DNA from: Butyrivibrio sp. | Lineage (GTDB): Bacteria; Bacillota; Clostridia; Lachnospirales; Lachnospiraceae | Assembly (NCBI GenBank): GCA_045646185.1 | Contig: JAZRKG010000042.1 | Coordinates: 5,300-69,299, forward strand | Reading direction: 5' to 3' | DNA: 64,000 nt | Part shown: in pieces, positions 1 through 9,485 of the stretch | How positions within the stretch are numbered: position 1 is the stretch's first letter | How the letters are laid out: each line of letters opens with the position of its first letter | Notes under the pieces: model-generated | Databases searched by the model: none | What the model was told of the DNA's origin: nothing | The model's input: the letters and a program-made list of their open reading frames with translations, nothing else | Position numbers and translations under genes: made by a program

Positions 1-1
1 T

Positions 2-151
2 CCGAGCAACTATTATTATACAATTGACCCTTCTTTGGCGATGTCGGGCAACTTCCCGTTCAGAGAAAGAATGCTGGAAAGGGAGGGCGTAGTGACAAGT
101 GTTATTGAGAATGATCGCGGCTTCTATGTTACTGCTGTTTTCGGCAACTGA
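2..151 (+). CDS. 3' end of a hypothetical protein (partial, runs off the window)
   Basis: Frame 2 is open from the window edge to TGA at 149-151 (PSNYYYTIDPSLAMSGNFPFRERMLEREGVVTSVIENDRGFYVTAVFGN*). Confidence 0.55.
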   Translation, partial: PSNYYYTIDPSLAMSGNFPFRERMLEREGVVTSVIENDRGFYVTAVFGN

Positions 152-199
152 AACGGAATATGATGCAATTGCACATACTGCACATGGAGCTTTTTTAAA

Positions 200-1891
200 T
201 TATACTCTTGGAAGTAAATTCATTTTTTCATGCTGTGCTCTCTTCATTGCATACATTCTCTTGTCTGCCAGGAGATAAACAATACGAGAGTTGTTAGTAT
301 CACACTCATGTTTGAAGGCGTAGCCATAGGCTACGCTTCTTGTATATTTAGGTGAAATAATATTCATGGCATGCAGAGAGCCGGATAGCTTATTTAACAG
401 AGCTTCAATATCTTCCTTTGAACCCTTTTTCGCTATAACAGTAAATTCGTCACCGCCTATTCTGTAGCAGGTGCTGTTTTCGACAAAACATCTTTTTAAA
501 GTAGATGAAAAATCTTTTATCAGACTATCCCCATAGCTATGGCCCATTGTGTCATTGATATCCTTTAATCCATTAAGATCCAGACTTATAATGCAATAAT
601 CAACATTCTTTTCTTTATCAAGGGCAATAAGATCTTTTTCATACAAGGACCTGTTTGGAAGGTCTGTAAGACCATCAGCATAAGCAAGATGTTCAAGAGA
701 TTCGTATTCTCTTTGAAGCGCATAGGATTCTGTTACATATGTAAGATAATAAATCATGATGAACATTGCATAGATCATGGTACTGGTTACTATTATGTAA
801 TAAATTGGTGTGTGACTTCCTTCAAAGTTTCCGTGATTGAATATAGAAATAATGCCACTTACAATGAGCCATAGAGTAGGAACGAACAGACTTAAGAGAA
901 TGATTCGCGAGCCTTTTTCAAGCTCATGCTTTCTAGTATCCATAATAAATTCATAGAAGACAATGACCAGCAAAACCAGACCCATAACCATAAAAACAGG
1001 CAGAGTCTGAATAAAACTGAATATATGAAGAAAATGTAATAGCATCAGTAAAATACATAGCGCCATTGAAGTATAAGCTATGATGTTAAATGCCTTCTTG
1101 TTCAAATACTTTCTGATTTCGCCAATTATCAAATATGCTATAGGAACCATGATATGCAGCATACTAAAACCAATTATGGTAGTGTGCATATCATTCATAA
1201 AAATAAAATGTACATCGTAAAAGCTGTGAAGCCATACTCCGGTCAGAAGGCACAGGAGTGAACTGTAAATCTGAACCTTTATCTGCGGCATAAAGGAATA
1301 AAAAATTATGGAAATAAACAGCAGAGATGCACCAAATACAATCAGGAACATGCCTACAATAATTGGGTAAGCATAAGAGTTTATAACATACGTTTCGACC
1401 GAAGAATAGTCACCAAAAACGATGTCATTGCAATAGTCTTCAATGCCATTAGCAGTAGGATACAGATGAATGGACAAAGTTTCTCCATGAAAACTTCGTG
1501 CAAAGGAAATAAAGTGATTTCTGTTAAGGATAAAGTCAGTATTTTCATATTTGTTCATGCACCAAGATCTTATAAGCTTGTCGTCAAGGTAGACTTCCAT
1601 TGCAGCAAATTCTGTTTTGAAAATAAGTGCAGGGAAAATGGTGTTGTAACTATCATCCATTACTCTTTCAAGGATAACTTCATCGCCCTGTTTAACTGTT
1701 TTCCATGACTCAAATTCTGTCAGGTTGTCAGTATCTTGTAGTACAGAGTTATGATATATATTCCAGCCATCATTAAGATATGAGACTCTCATTTGTTCGC
1801 TTAGATTGAACGAATGCAGTACGGTAAAAATCACAATAGCTATAAGGGAAGATAAAATCGGTGCTATAATTATTTTAGTTTTCATCGTCAT
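200..1891 (-). CDS. Membrane diguanylate cyclase (extracellular domain, about 7 TM, GGDEF)
   Basis: DGLTDLPNR, DLNGLKDINDTMGHSYGD and RIGGDEF motifs; multiple TM helices. ATG at 1891 has an AGGAGG RBS; the ORF track start is 1900. Confidence 0.92.
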   Translation of the reverse strand: MTMKTKIIIAPILSSLIAIVIFTVLHSFNLSEQMRVSYLNDGWNIYHNSVLQDTDNLTEFESWKTVKQGDEVILERVMDDSYNTIFPALIFKTEFAAMEVYLDDKLIRSWCMNKYENTDFILNRNHFISFARSFHGETLSIHLYPTANGIEDYCNDIVFGDYSSVETYVINSYAYPIIVGMFLIVFGASLLFISIIFYSFMPQIKVQIYSSLLCLLTGVWLHSFYDVHFIFMNDMHTTIIGFSMLHIMVPIAYLIIGEIRKYLNKKAFNIIAYTSMALCILLMLLHFLHIFSFIQTLPVFMVMGLVLLVIVFYEFIMDTRKHELEKGSRIILLSLFVPTLWLIVSGIISIFNHGNFEGSHTPIYYIIVTSTMIYAMFIMIYYLTYVTESYALQREYESLEHLAYADGLTDLPNRSLYEKDLIALDKEKNVDYCIISLDLNGLKDINDTMGHSYGDSLIKDFSSTLKRCFVENSTCYRIGGDEFTVIAKKGSKEDIEALLNKLSGSLHAMNIISPKYTRSVAYGYAFKHECDTNNSRIVYLLADKRMYAMKRAQHEKMNLLPRV

Positions 1892-3650
1892 TATCAGCAC
1901 CTCCTTCTTCCTCTACCAAAGCAGATGAAATGGCATCGTAAATGCGCTTTATCGTAGCATTGTGGTGACGCTGTTTCATAGAATACATGCGGCTGTCAGC
2001 TACCATATAAACTTCTTTTGCAGAACCTTTGGAATCCATGCTGCTTACGGCAAAGCCCCAGGAAGCGGAATAACTGAATTTAGATTCCTTGCTATTCTGT
2101 TCATCCATAGCATCTCTTAAAATTTGAAAATATGTTGGACAATTCTCTGTATGATCACCAAACATGATTACTATAAATTCATCGCCGCCCATTCTTCCAA
2201 TAAGGCTTTCTTTAGGAAAGGCTTTAACCAGCATGTCTGCAAAGCCCTGGATAAATACGTCACCTTCATGATGACCGAGAGAATCGTTAACTTGCTTTAA
2301 GTGATCCAGATCAAGGCTGACAATAGTGTAGATTTTTTTTGAACCGGAAAGCTCTGCCAGCATCTGTTCACAACGGGCACGGTTAGCAAGGCCTGTCAAT
2401 GCATCACTGTAAGCCAGACCTTGTAAATGTGCTTTTACATTCTTGGAATTGATATGTTCCATGCAGTGCATGAAATAATTAACGATTATACACAATACCA
2501 GTGCCAATGAACCATAGGTCACGGCTACAATTCCCATAGAATCATTGGAGGTACCCAAATAATATTTTCTAACATATAGTCTAAGCATATCGATCAGAGC
2601 GCAGATAGTCATAATAAAAACACCTACCAGGAGTAAAGTCCTGGAACTGTTTGAATTATAATCGCTATGCGCGCGGATATTATTATTTATATCGATTATC
2701 AGGCGGATAACTATATATACGCTGGAAATAAGTATGATGATATGTGAGGTGGATAATAATAGGCACAAGTGTACCAGATTGGATATATGCAGTAACAGTG
2801 CACCAATAGGAAACATAAAGTTTACAGTTGCAAGAACTACATCGATCCATTCAACTTTTCTGTCCATGCTTGATAGATATAGGCAGATAGCATTAAATGG
2901 AATGAAATATAAAGGTAGATAATTAAGATATGCATGCAGATATAATTTATCTACATAAAAGGTCAGAAATTCATTGTAAGTGAAAATATAGAGACCAAGA
3001 CATAAGGATAGACCTGCGCTGAACATTATACTTATATCTCTTGTCTGTATAATAATCAGATAAGGAACAAGAATAAGTATTAAAATGCTAAATACAAAAA
3101 GAAAAACACTAATAAACAAAGGAATGCGCTTAAAACGCATAAAATCATAGGAAAGGTCCTGCCTGTCACCAAAGGAGATACCCCCAAACTTTGTAAAAAT
3201 ACTATTTTCAGAAGAAGTAAGAACAAGCGTAAAAATATGTGAGTTTGTGCCATCTGTGATAGGCACATAATGAATTATGTCAGGAACCATTCTGCCGGCA
3301 TCAAAATAGTCATGACCAAATGAGTAGATTTCTTTATTATCAAGATATGCATCAATAACAAACATGGAACTACTAAAGGATATGCAAGGAAGTTCAAACT
3401 CCGAAGCTGGCAGAACGGTAGTGAGGGTAACGGATTCACCTTTTTTCAAAGTTTGAAAATTAACATCAGAAATAAAGACATTACTATAAGTAGTGTCATG
3501 AACCGTTACTGTCCAGTTATCATCTAAATAGACAATATCATGCTCTATTGGCATATTGACGATAGAAGAACCGAATATCACCATAGCCATGGGTACAAGC
3601 ATAGCAAGCAACATAATGAGCATGACTCTGAAAGGTGAAATAGCTTTCAT
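1875..3650 (-). CDS. Membrane diguanylate cyclase (GGDEF), paralogous architecture to the neighbour
   Basis: DALTGLANR, DLDHLKQVNDSLGHHEGD and RMGGDEF motifs; multiple TM helices. Confidence 0.92.
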   Translation of the reverse strand: MKAISPFRVMLIMLLAMLVPMAMVIFGSSIVNMPIEHDIVYLDDNWTVTVHDTTYSNVFISDVNFQTLKKGESVTLTTVLPASEFELPCISFSSSMFVIDAYLDNKEIYSFGHDYFDAGRMVPDIIHYVPITDGTNSHIFTLVLTSSENSIFTKFGGISFGDRQDLSYDFMRFKRIPLFISVFLFVFSILILILVPYLIIIQTRDISIMFSAGLSLCLGLYIFTYNEFLTFYVDKLYLHAYLNYLPLYFIPFNAICLYLSSMDRKVEWIDVVLATVNFMFPIGALLLHISNLVHLCLLLSTSHIIILISSVYIVIRLIIDINNNIRAHSDYNSNSSRTLLLVGVFIMTICALIDMLRLYVRKYYLGTSNDSMGIVAVTYGSLALVLCIIVNYFMHCMEHINSKNVKAHLQGLAYSDALTGLANRARCEQMLAELSGSKKIYTIVSLDLDHLKQVNDSLGHHEGDVFIQGFADMLVKAFPKESLIGRMGGDEFIVIMFGDHTENCPTYFQILRDAMDEQNSKESKFSYSASWGFAVSSMDSKGSAKEVYMVADSRMYSMKQRHHNATIKRIYDAISSALVEEEGGADNDDEN

Positions 3651-3726
3651 ATAAGCCGTTCCTCACTCTTGATTGCTTATCAGATGATGCTATGGTAGTA
3701 ACAATTAAGTCACATACAGCATCATC

Positions 3727-4794
3727 TTAAGCTCTGGTTGATAAAAATATATATTCTCTCTTTGCTGAAGCATCGTCTGGATACATTGTTAAATAACTTT
3801 CCATAAGTGATAGAGCAGTAGTATAATCGCCATAATACTCATAGGCAGTTATTTTATTGAGCATTAAAGCCTGATTCATGCTTTCATCGTCCAAAGACAG
3901 TCCTGAGTCAAAGCTTTGAATGGCATCTTCATATTCACCCATTTTCATTTGACAAATACCTAGCTGATTATATATATCGGCATGATTTGCATCTTCCGTT
4001 AGGAAAGTTTTATAAACACTTATAGCATAATTATAATCGCCTTGATTTTCACCGGTCTGGCCAAGTAGTAATACTACCGGAGCTTTGTCAGTATCTCTCT
4101 CATTTCGGGCAAGCTCAAGGTAACTTTGAGCATCTGCATTATTTCCAAGATAAAAAGAAATCTGACCCTTTTCATAATTAGTCATAAACTGGTCATTCTG
4201 ATTCATGGCGGATTGCAGGATTGCAAGGCCTTCATCCTCGTAGCCATTTTCACTAAGAGCCTTGTAAATAGTGATCATCATGTCGTAATCCCTTGGTGAG
4301 AGAGAAATGGCTTTATTAAAATCTTCCATTGCACTATCATGATTGCCAGTCTTTAAATAAGCTACACCTCTTAGGTAGCAGGCTGTAGTATCTTTAGGAC
4401 GAAGAGCAATGATAGCATCATAGACCTTTATGGCTTCAGAGTATTCCTCTAGTTTGGAATAGCATTCTGCCAGGTAAAAATTGGTATCAAAATCAATGCT
4501 GGTAGCTATTCCACTACTGGAAGAAAGCGAAGTAAGTAAAGCGCTGACAGCCTCTTCATATCTGCCAAGCTCCAGGTAAGCTATACCCAGACCTCTATAG
4601 GTTATGTGCTTGTTTTCGCCTAAAGCAATAGCCTCTTCGAATGACTCGAGAGCTGCAGTATATTCATGAGATTCCAAATATGACATTCCCTTGTCGGCGT
4701 TGTCATGAGAACTGAATGCGCTGCATGCAGTACAGTTTAAGACTGTTGCAGACAAAAGAACGCATATTAGAAATCGTCTTTTTTTCCCCATCAT
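3727..4794 (-). CDS. Tetratricopeptide-repeat protein, probable lipoprotein or exported protein
   Basis: Repeated TPR units (YRGLGIAYLELGRYEEA, CYLRGVAYLKTGNHDSA, YNQLGICQMKMGEYEDA); basic-hydrophobic N-terminus with Cys (LNCTAC). Confidence 0.85.
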   Translation of the reverse strand: MMGKKRRFLICVLLSATVLNCTACSAFSSHDNADKGMSYLESHEYTAALESFEEAIALGENKHITYRGLGIAYLELGRYEEAVSALLTSLSSSSGIATSIDFDTNFYLAECYSKLEEYSEAIKVYDAIIALRPKDTTACYLRGVAYLKTGNHDSAMEDFNKAISLSPRDYDMMITIYKALSENGYEDEGLAILQSAMNQNDQFMTNYEKGQISFYLGNNADAQSYLELARNERDTDKAPVVLLLGQTGENQGDYNYAISVYKTFLTEDANHADIYNQLGICQMKMGEYEDAIQSFDSGLSLDDESMNQALMLNKITAYEYYGDYTTALSLMESYLTMYPDDASAKREYIFLSTRA

Positions 4795-4851
4795 ATAAAT
4801 AAAAATCTCCAAGATATATTTAAAGTAATAATTGGATGCAAAAAATCATCC

Positions 4852-5226
4852 TTAAGCAAGGTAAGCTGTGATTTCAACTTCACATAAAACATTCTTTGGG
4901 AGCTGCTTTACAGCAACGCAGCTTCTTGCTGGCTTGCTTGTAAAATACTTCTCATATACTGAGTTGAATGCTGCAAAATCAGCCATATCAGCCAGGAAAC
5001 AAGTTGTCTTAACAACGTGCTCATAGTCTGTTCCAGCTGCGCTCAGAATCTCGCCAATGTTCTTGCATACAAGATCTGCCTGCGCATTTATGTCGCTACC
5101 TTCAATTTCGCCTGTAGCAGGGTTGATAGGTATCTGACCTGATGCAAAAAGAAAATCTCCTGCTTTAATTGCCTGTGAATAAGGTCCAATAGCTGCTGGT
5201 GCTTTGTTTGTAGATATTTTTTCCAT
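4852..5226 (-). CDS. ridA: RidA (YjgF/YER057c/UK114) enamine deaminase
   Basis: APAAIGPYSQA, SGQIP, VVKTTCFL, PARSCV and VEI motifs; GGAGGAG RBS before ATG 5226. Confidence 0.93.
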   Translation of the reverse strand: MEKISTNKAPAAIGPYSQAIKAGDFLFASGQIPINPATGEIEGSDINAQADLVCKNIGEILSAAGTDYEHVVKTTCFLADMADFAAFNSVYEKYFTSKPARSCVAVKQLPKNVLCEVEITAYLA

Positions 5227-5302
5227 TACTGACTCCTCCAATTTCGAATATTTTTTTATAATAATTATAGCACAGTCATAATTTATTTTTTCGAAAAAGT
5301 CG

Positions 5303-5842
5303 ATTTATAATGCCGAAAGTCTTACATACGATTCATCCGATGGCAGATATTACATAGCTTTTAGTGGGTGGAATCCTACTTATTATTTAGTATTAAACAA
5401 TGACAATTATATTACATCTTTTGTGGGAAGTGATAATTCTGTTCTTAACGGAACAAGTGATAATCCTTTTGAGAAAGCATCGTCGCCATCAGGTGGTGGA
5501 GATTCATCATCTGATACTTCTTCCAAAACGAGTACAGCTGAGTCTCATACTCATTCCTTTGCATGGGAAGATGTAAAAGAAGCTACCGAAGATGATAATG
5601 GTGAAATAATCTACAAATGCTCATGTGGAGAGGTACTTTACCGTGTTCCTACAAGCGCATACAACGTGTTCAATAGAAATACAGCAGAAAAGATAAAGAA
5701 TGCCAAACAAGGAGCAACTGTAAAAATTGAGACATCCAGATGGATATCATTCCATAAGATGGTCATGCAGGCGCTTGCAGACAGGCCTGGCTTTTTTGAA
5801 TTGTCATCGCAGACATCTGCTGTTTTATATGCAAACCTGTAA
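5303..5842 (+). pseudogene. Internal fragment of a large surface or secreted protein
   Basis: The frame is open upstream of the GTG with no RBS or ATG (IYNAESLTYDSSDGRYY...). It has a Ser-rich linker and an HTHSF...YKCSCG motif, and ends abruptly after ALADRP inside the repeat region. Confidence 0.55.
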
Positions 5843-5934
5843 AGAGTTGTCAATTTCATACAAACCTGTAAAAAGTTGTCAAAAGGTGTAAAGAGGTGTA
5901 AAATTTATATAAACCTGTAAAGAGTTGTCAATTT
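5833..5934. repeat. Four direct repeats of AAACCTGTAAAGAGTTGTCAATTT
   Basis: Identical 24-mers at 5833-5856 and 5911-5934, a 21-nt copy with one mismatch at 5862-5882, and a degenerate copy at about 5882-5906. Confidence 0.85.
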
Positions 5935-5945
5935 TTGGAGGGAAG

Positions 5946-7010
5946 ATGAAGAATCCATTTACACATACGCCTGGAAGAGTTGGCGATGCCAATATTTCAA
6001 CTAATATTGAAGAAAGTATATATGAGAATTTCTCGTATGAGATTCCATCTGAGAATGTTTATAAGATAATTGGAATCAGAGGTTCAGGTAAGACTGTGAT
6101 GTTTGGAAATATTCTTAGACATTATAGGGAAAAGAAAGAGGGCGGATGGCTAGTATATGATCTTTCATCTACGAGAAGCCCTATTGATACACTGATATCA
6201 TATCTGTCACTGGAACCGGATGTAAAAAAGATTCTTGTTGCAGAAAAGACATCAATAGGTATCAGTGTGCCTGTTGTCAATATAAGTACTGATCTAAGCC
6301 CTGATATTGAGTATGACAAGGAAGTGCGCTTAGAGCAGTTGATGCGGATATTGATTGAATCAGATAAGAAGATTCTTATAGGTATTGATGATATAGCTAA
6401 GACTGATGCGATGGCACAATTTTGTTCAGTTTATGCCAAGCTCATTCGCAATATGACTGACGATGGTCGTCCTTGGCCTGTGTATCTTATATGTTCTGGA
6501 GTATATCAGAACTTTTATGAACTGGGAGAGGTGCCGAATCTTACATTTTTTAAGAGGGCGGCAGAGCTTAAGACAGAGCCTTTTGCCATGCCTGCGATGG
6601 CGATAAAATATGAGGATCTATTATCTATGGATGAGGATACAGCTATTTCCTATGCAAAATTATCCAAGGGATTTGCTTATGCATATCAGGTTATTGGAAG
6701 TGCTTATTTCCAATATTCAGATAAGGGAGAAGAGTATGTTGTAAAACATGCCAAGAGCGAACTTTTTTCACAGTGCTATGAAAAAATATGGAAAGAACTA
6801 CCTGAAGGAGAGCGCAAGATATTAAGGATAGTTTCAAGCGGTAAGAAAAAAAGAAAAGAGATTCTTGCTGAGATGGACAAACCTAGCAGCTATCAGGTTC
6901 ATAGCAATGTTTTGAAAAAAATCGGATTGCTGTCTGATTCCTCAGAAGCCTATGGCTACGCAGAGTTGACGTTGCCGTTTTTTGATGAATATGTTCAGAA
7001 ATTTTGTTGA
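5946..7010 (+). CDS. P-loop ATP-binding protein (AAA/archaeal-ATPase-like) with probable C-terminal winged helix
   Basis: KNPF N-terminus, Walker A GIRGSGKT, Walker B ILIGIDD, and a C-terminal WKELPEGERKIL...LKKIGLL segment typical of a wHTH. Confidence 0.8.
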   Translation: MKNPFTHTPGRVGDANISTNIEESIYENFSYEIPSENVYKIIGIRGSGKTVMFGNILRHYREKKEGGWLVYDLSSTRSPIDTLISYLSLEPDVKKILVAEKTSIGISVPVVNISTDLSPDIEYDKEVRLEQLMRILIESDKKILIGIDDIAKTDAMAQFCSVYAKLIRNMTDDGRPWPVYLICSGVYQNFYELGEVPNLTFFKRAAELKTEPFAMPAMAIKYEDLLSMDEDTAISYAKLSKGFAYAYQVIGSAYFQYSDKGEEYVVKHAKSELFSQCYEKIWKELPEGERKILRIVSSGKKKRKEILAEMDKPSSYQVHSNVLKKIGLLSDSSEAYGYAELTLPFFDEYVQKFC

Positions 7011-7042
7011 TACATATTGCTAAAATTATATAAGGGGTTGTT

Positions 7043-7505
7043 ATGAAGATATATAAAGAAAAGCAGTTACTTAATGATTCAAAGATGTTTATTTACACAC
7101 TTATACCATTCATCATAGGCTATTATTTTACCTGCTTACTGGGTTTGTGGATGGAAATTGTTGAGAATGATTTATATGTAATTACCTTGGCAATGATTGG
7201 AGTATTTACGTTTACAATATTGTTAGTGCTTTTATTTGGCTATCCATATCTGTTATTTGAATTACTTATCAGAAAGACTATTATTTTTGAAAGCGATGAG
7301 ATAATTGTTAAGAGCCTGCTGGGGCAGTAAGCGCATTGCTTATTATGGTATTACATCTTGCGCAGTAGAGAGATATGGTGTTGAAGAGGCTAGAATAACA
7401 ATAAGTTATAATGGTCAGGAGTATAAGTTTAAAGTTAGGCATATGCCAGCTATGCAACAGTTCATAGATGAGATGAAGTTGTATTTTCCAGTGAAAATGA
7501 AATGA
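7043..7505 (+). pseudogene. Frameshifted two-TM membrane protein with a PH-like C-terminal domain
   Basis: ORFs 7043-7330 and 7305-7505 join into one 153-aa frame (...IIVKSLLGSKRIAYYGI...) if one G is removed from GGGG at 7321-7324. Confidence 0.65.
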
Positions 7506-7515
7506 GGTTTAAACG

Positions 7516-8496
7516 ATGATTTTTTATGACAAGCCTGCCAAGATCATGACAGGATATTTTTACGACTTATTGAGAGAATCGAAGGAGAGTATAGCTCTTT
7601 TTCCAAGATACAACAATATTGAGATAAAGCCGACTGATTATCAGAATAAATATGAACTGCGAGTATCCAATGATGGTGTGATGGGCATCAGATATGATCT
7701 CTATGATTATGGAGCGCAGATTGATATTGTGCCAAGGGTTAATCCGTTATTTGCGATAGTCAAAGTGGTAGTATTCCTGGCTTTTCTCTTATTGGGAATT
7801 CTATATACTACAGAATACGAGACTTTTTGGAATGAAGGATTGTATATGCTTATCGGATTTACAGCTGCGTTTCTGCTGCTGATGTATTGGTATATCCGCA
7901 GGAGAGCTTATCTGCAGGCAGTTGCCGGCTATGTTATGCCAGGGGCTACGCAGAAACAGCCGAATACTTTCAATTCGTGGAATAGTGAATTACTGAGCCC
8001 TGAAGAGAGCTTTGACCTCGATGTGTGGGATAAATTGAATGAAGATATTCTTCCGCTTGATCGTTCAGCAGATTGTCTGGGCTTTTTCAGGAATGGACAG
8101 AGAATGGACGAAGCTCTGAGGGACGCTCTGGTAAAAGAGTATGCAGAATACGACAACTCGGGCGTTGATAATTTCGAAGAGAGAAAAAACAAAATTTTAT
8201 TTGATGTTAAAGAGGTTGGCAACGATCTGTATACCTATTTTACGTCCGTATACGATTACAGTGATGAAGAGGAGAAACTGTCGTCGTTGAGAGATAAAAT
8301 CTCTGAAGTGTTACTTGCACATGAGGAGATCTGCGGAGCTTTTAAGGGAATCTATGAGCCGGAGCCTGGCTATTCAAGCGGCATTTTTGAGCTGCTCACG
8401 GAATTCATGGAGGTTGAAGGGGAAGCGAGATTGTATTTTTTGGAATATGAAAAATATACCCTAGTAGTTCTTTCCAGTACAGTAGAACAATTATAG
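7516..8496 (+). CDS. Hypothetical membrane protein (2 TM plus acidic C-terminal domain)
   Basis: 326-aa ORF with a GAGG RBS and two hydrophobic helices. Confidence 0.7.
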   Translation: MIFYDKPAKIMTGYFYDLLRESKESIALFPRYNNIEIKPTDYQNKYELRVSNDGVMGIRYDLYDYGAQIDIVPRVNPLFAIVKVVVFLAFLLLGILYTTEYETFWNEGLYMLIGFTAAFLLLMYWYIRRRAYLQAVAGYVMPGATQKQPNTFNSWNSELLSPEESFDLDVWDKLNEDILPLDRSADCLGFFRNGQRMDEALRDALVKEYAEYDNSGVDNFEERKNKILFDVKEVGNDLYTYFTSVYDYSDEEEKLSSLRDKISEVLLAHEEICGAFKGIYEPEPGYSSGIFELLTEFMEVEGEARLYFLEYEKYTLVVLSSTVEQL

Positions 8497-8598
8497 TTCC
8501 CTGAATGTCGATAAAATCGGAATTTTTTATTTGCATATATACAAAAACGTAGTAAAATAAAGGAGGTTACAAAAATTTCTTTTTGGAGGGTAATAAAA

Positions 8599-8877
8599 AT
8601 GAACAAAACAGAGTTAATCGATGCTATCGCAAAGGAAGCTGGTCTTTCAAAGAAGGACGCTGGTAATGCACTTAACGCATTCACAAACGCTGTAACAAAG
8701 GAACTGAAGAAAAAGGGCAAGGTTCAGCTCGTTGGCTTTGGTACATTTGAGACAGCTAAGAGAGCAGCTAGAACAGGCCGCAATCCACAGACTGGCAAGG
8801 AAATCAAGATTGCTGCTTCAGTAGCACCTAAGTTCAAGGCTGGTAAGGCTCTTAAGGATGCTGTAAATAAGAAATAA
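8599..8877 (+). CDS. hup: DNA-binding protein HU
   Basis: [11 protein letters not shown]...VQLVGFGTF...[10 protein letters not shown]...[13 protein letters not shown]. Confidence 0.97.
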   Translation: MNKTELIDAIAKEAGLSKKDAGNALNAFTNAVTKELKKKGKVQLVGFGTFETAKRAARTGRNPQTGKEIKIAASVAPKFKAGKALKDAVNKK

Positions 8878-8893
8878 TTTACTACGGTAAATA

Positions 8894-8934
8894 AAAATCC
8901 GCTGGTTGAATCAACCAGCGGATTTATTTTTTTT
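8894..8934. terminator. Intrinsic, probably bidirectional terminator
   Basis: AAATCCGCTGGTTGA-A-TCAACCAGCGGATTT stem, with a T-tract after and an A-tract before, between convergent genes. Confidence 0.9.
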
Positions 8935-8939
8935 AAAGA

Positions 8940-9329
8940 TTATTTAATTTCGTCTGTAGTTCCGTCTTTTTTTACAAGCTCATAAGTACATCCAAGTCCA
9001 AATGCTGCAGCAGCTCCGGCTATAAGAGCCCATGGGATACATGCAAGACCTATGATACCTCCAACGATACCAACGTTTACAGGAATGCTTAAGAGAATCT
9101 CGTTATTTTTCTTGATCTGGATTCTATCAACATTGCCTTCTTTTACCTTGGCTTTCATTTTTTCGATGATATCTTCAGTCTTTTGCTTTGCCTCATCTGA
9201 AACTGGCTGTAAAAGATTAATTGCTTCGTCAGGATTTCCATCAGCCTGCTCAAGAGCTGTCTTTGCTGTCTGATAGTCAGCACCTGTTGCATTCATTACT
9301 TTTTCTACTGCTTCTAATGTAATCTCCAT
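8940..9329 (-). CDS. DUF4342-like protein with N-terminal UBA-like helical domain
   Basis: VMNATGADYQTAKTALE...AINLL followed by VKEGNVDRIQIKK...LSIPVNVG; GGAGGA RBS before ATG 9329. Confidence 0.75.
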   Translation of the reverse strand: MEITLEAVEKVMNATGADYQTAKTALEQADGNPDEAINLLQPVSDEAKQKTEDIIEKMKAKVKEGNVDRIQIKKNNEILLSIPVNVGIVGGIIGLACIPWALIAGAAAAFGLGCTYELVKKDGTTDEIK

Positions 9330-9485
9330 ATATTCATCCTCCATATAAAAAGGTACAGTGATGTTACAGCATGAAATAATTAACTGTAACTTGTTGCTTA
9401 TGATATCGTTATAACATTTATATTATACAACATAAAGCACCTTTTGAGAGAATTAGACTGATTTATTTACCTGTTTTGGAAGAAT

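Noticed and set aside
5833-5934. Mini-CRISPR
   Set aside because: Gaps between repeats are 0-5 nt, so there are no spacers.
9363-9390. GTTACAG...CTGTAAC inverted repeat upstream of the DUF4342 gene
   Set aside because: Only 7-bp arms with no known regulator match; too weak to call.
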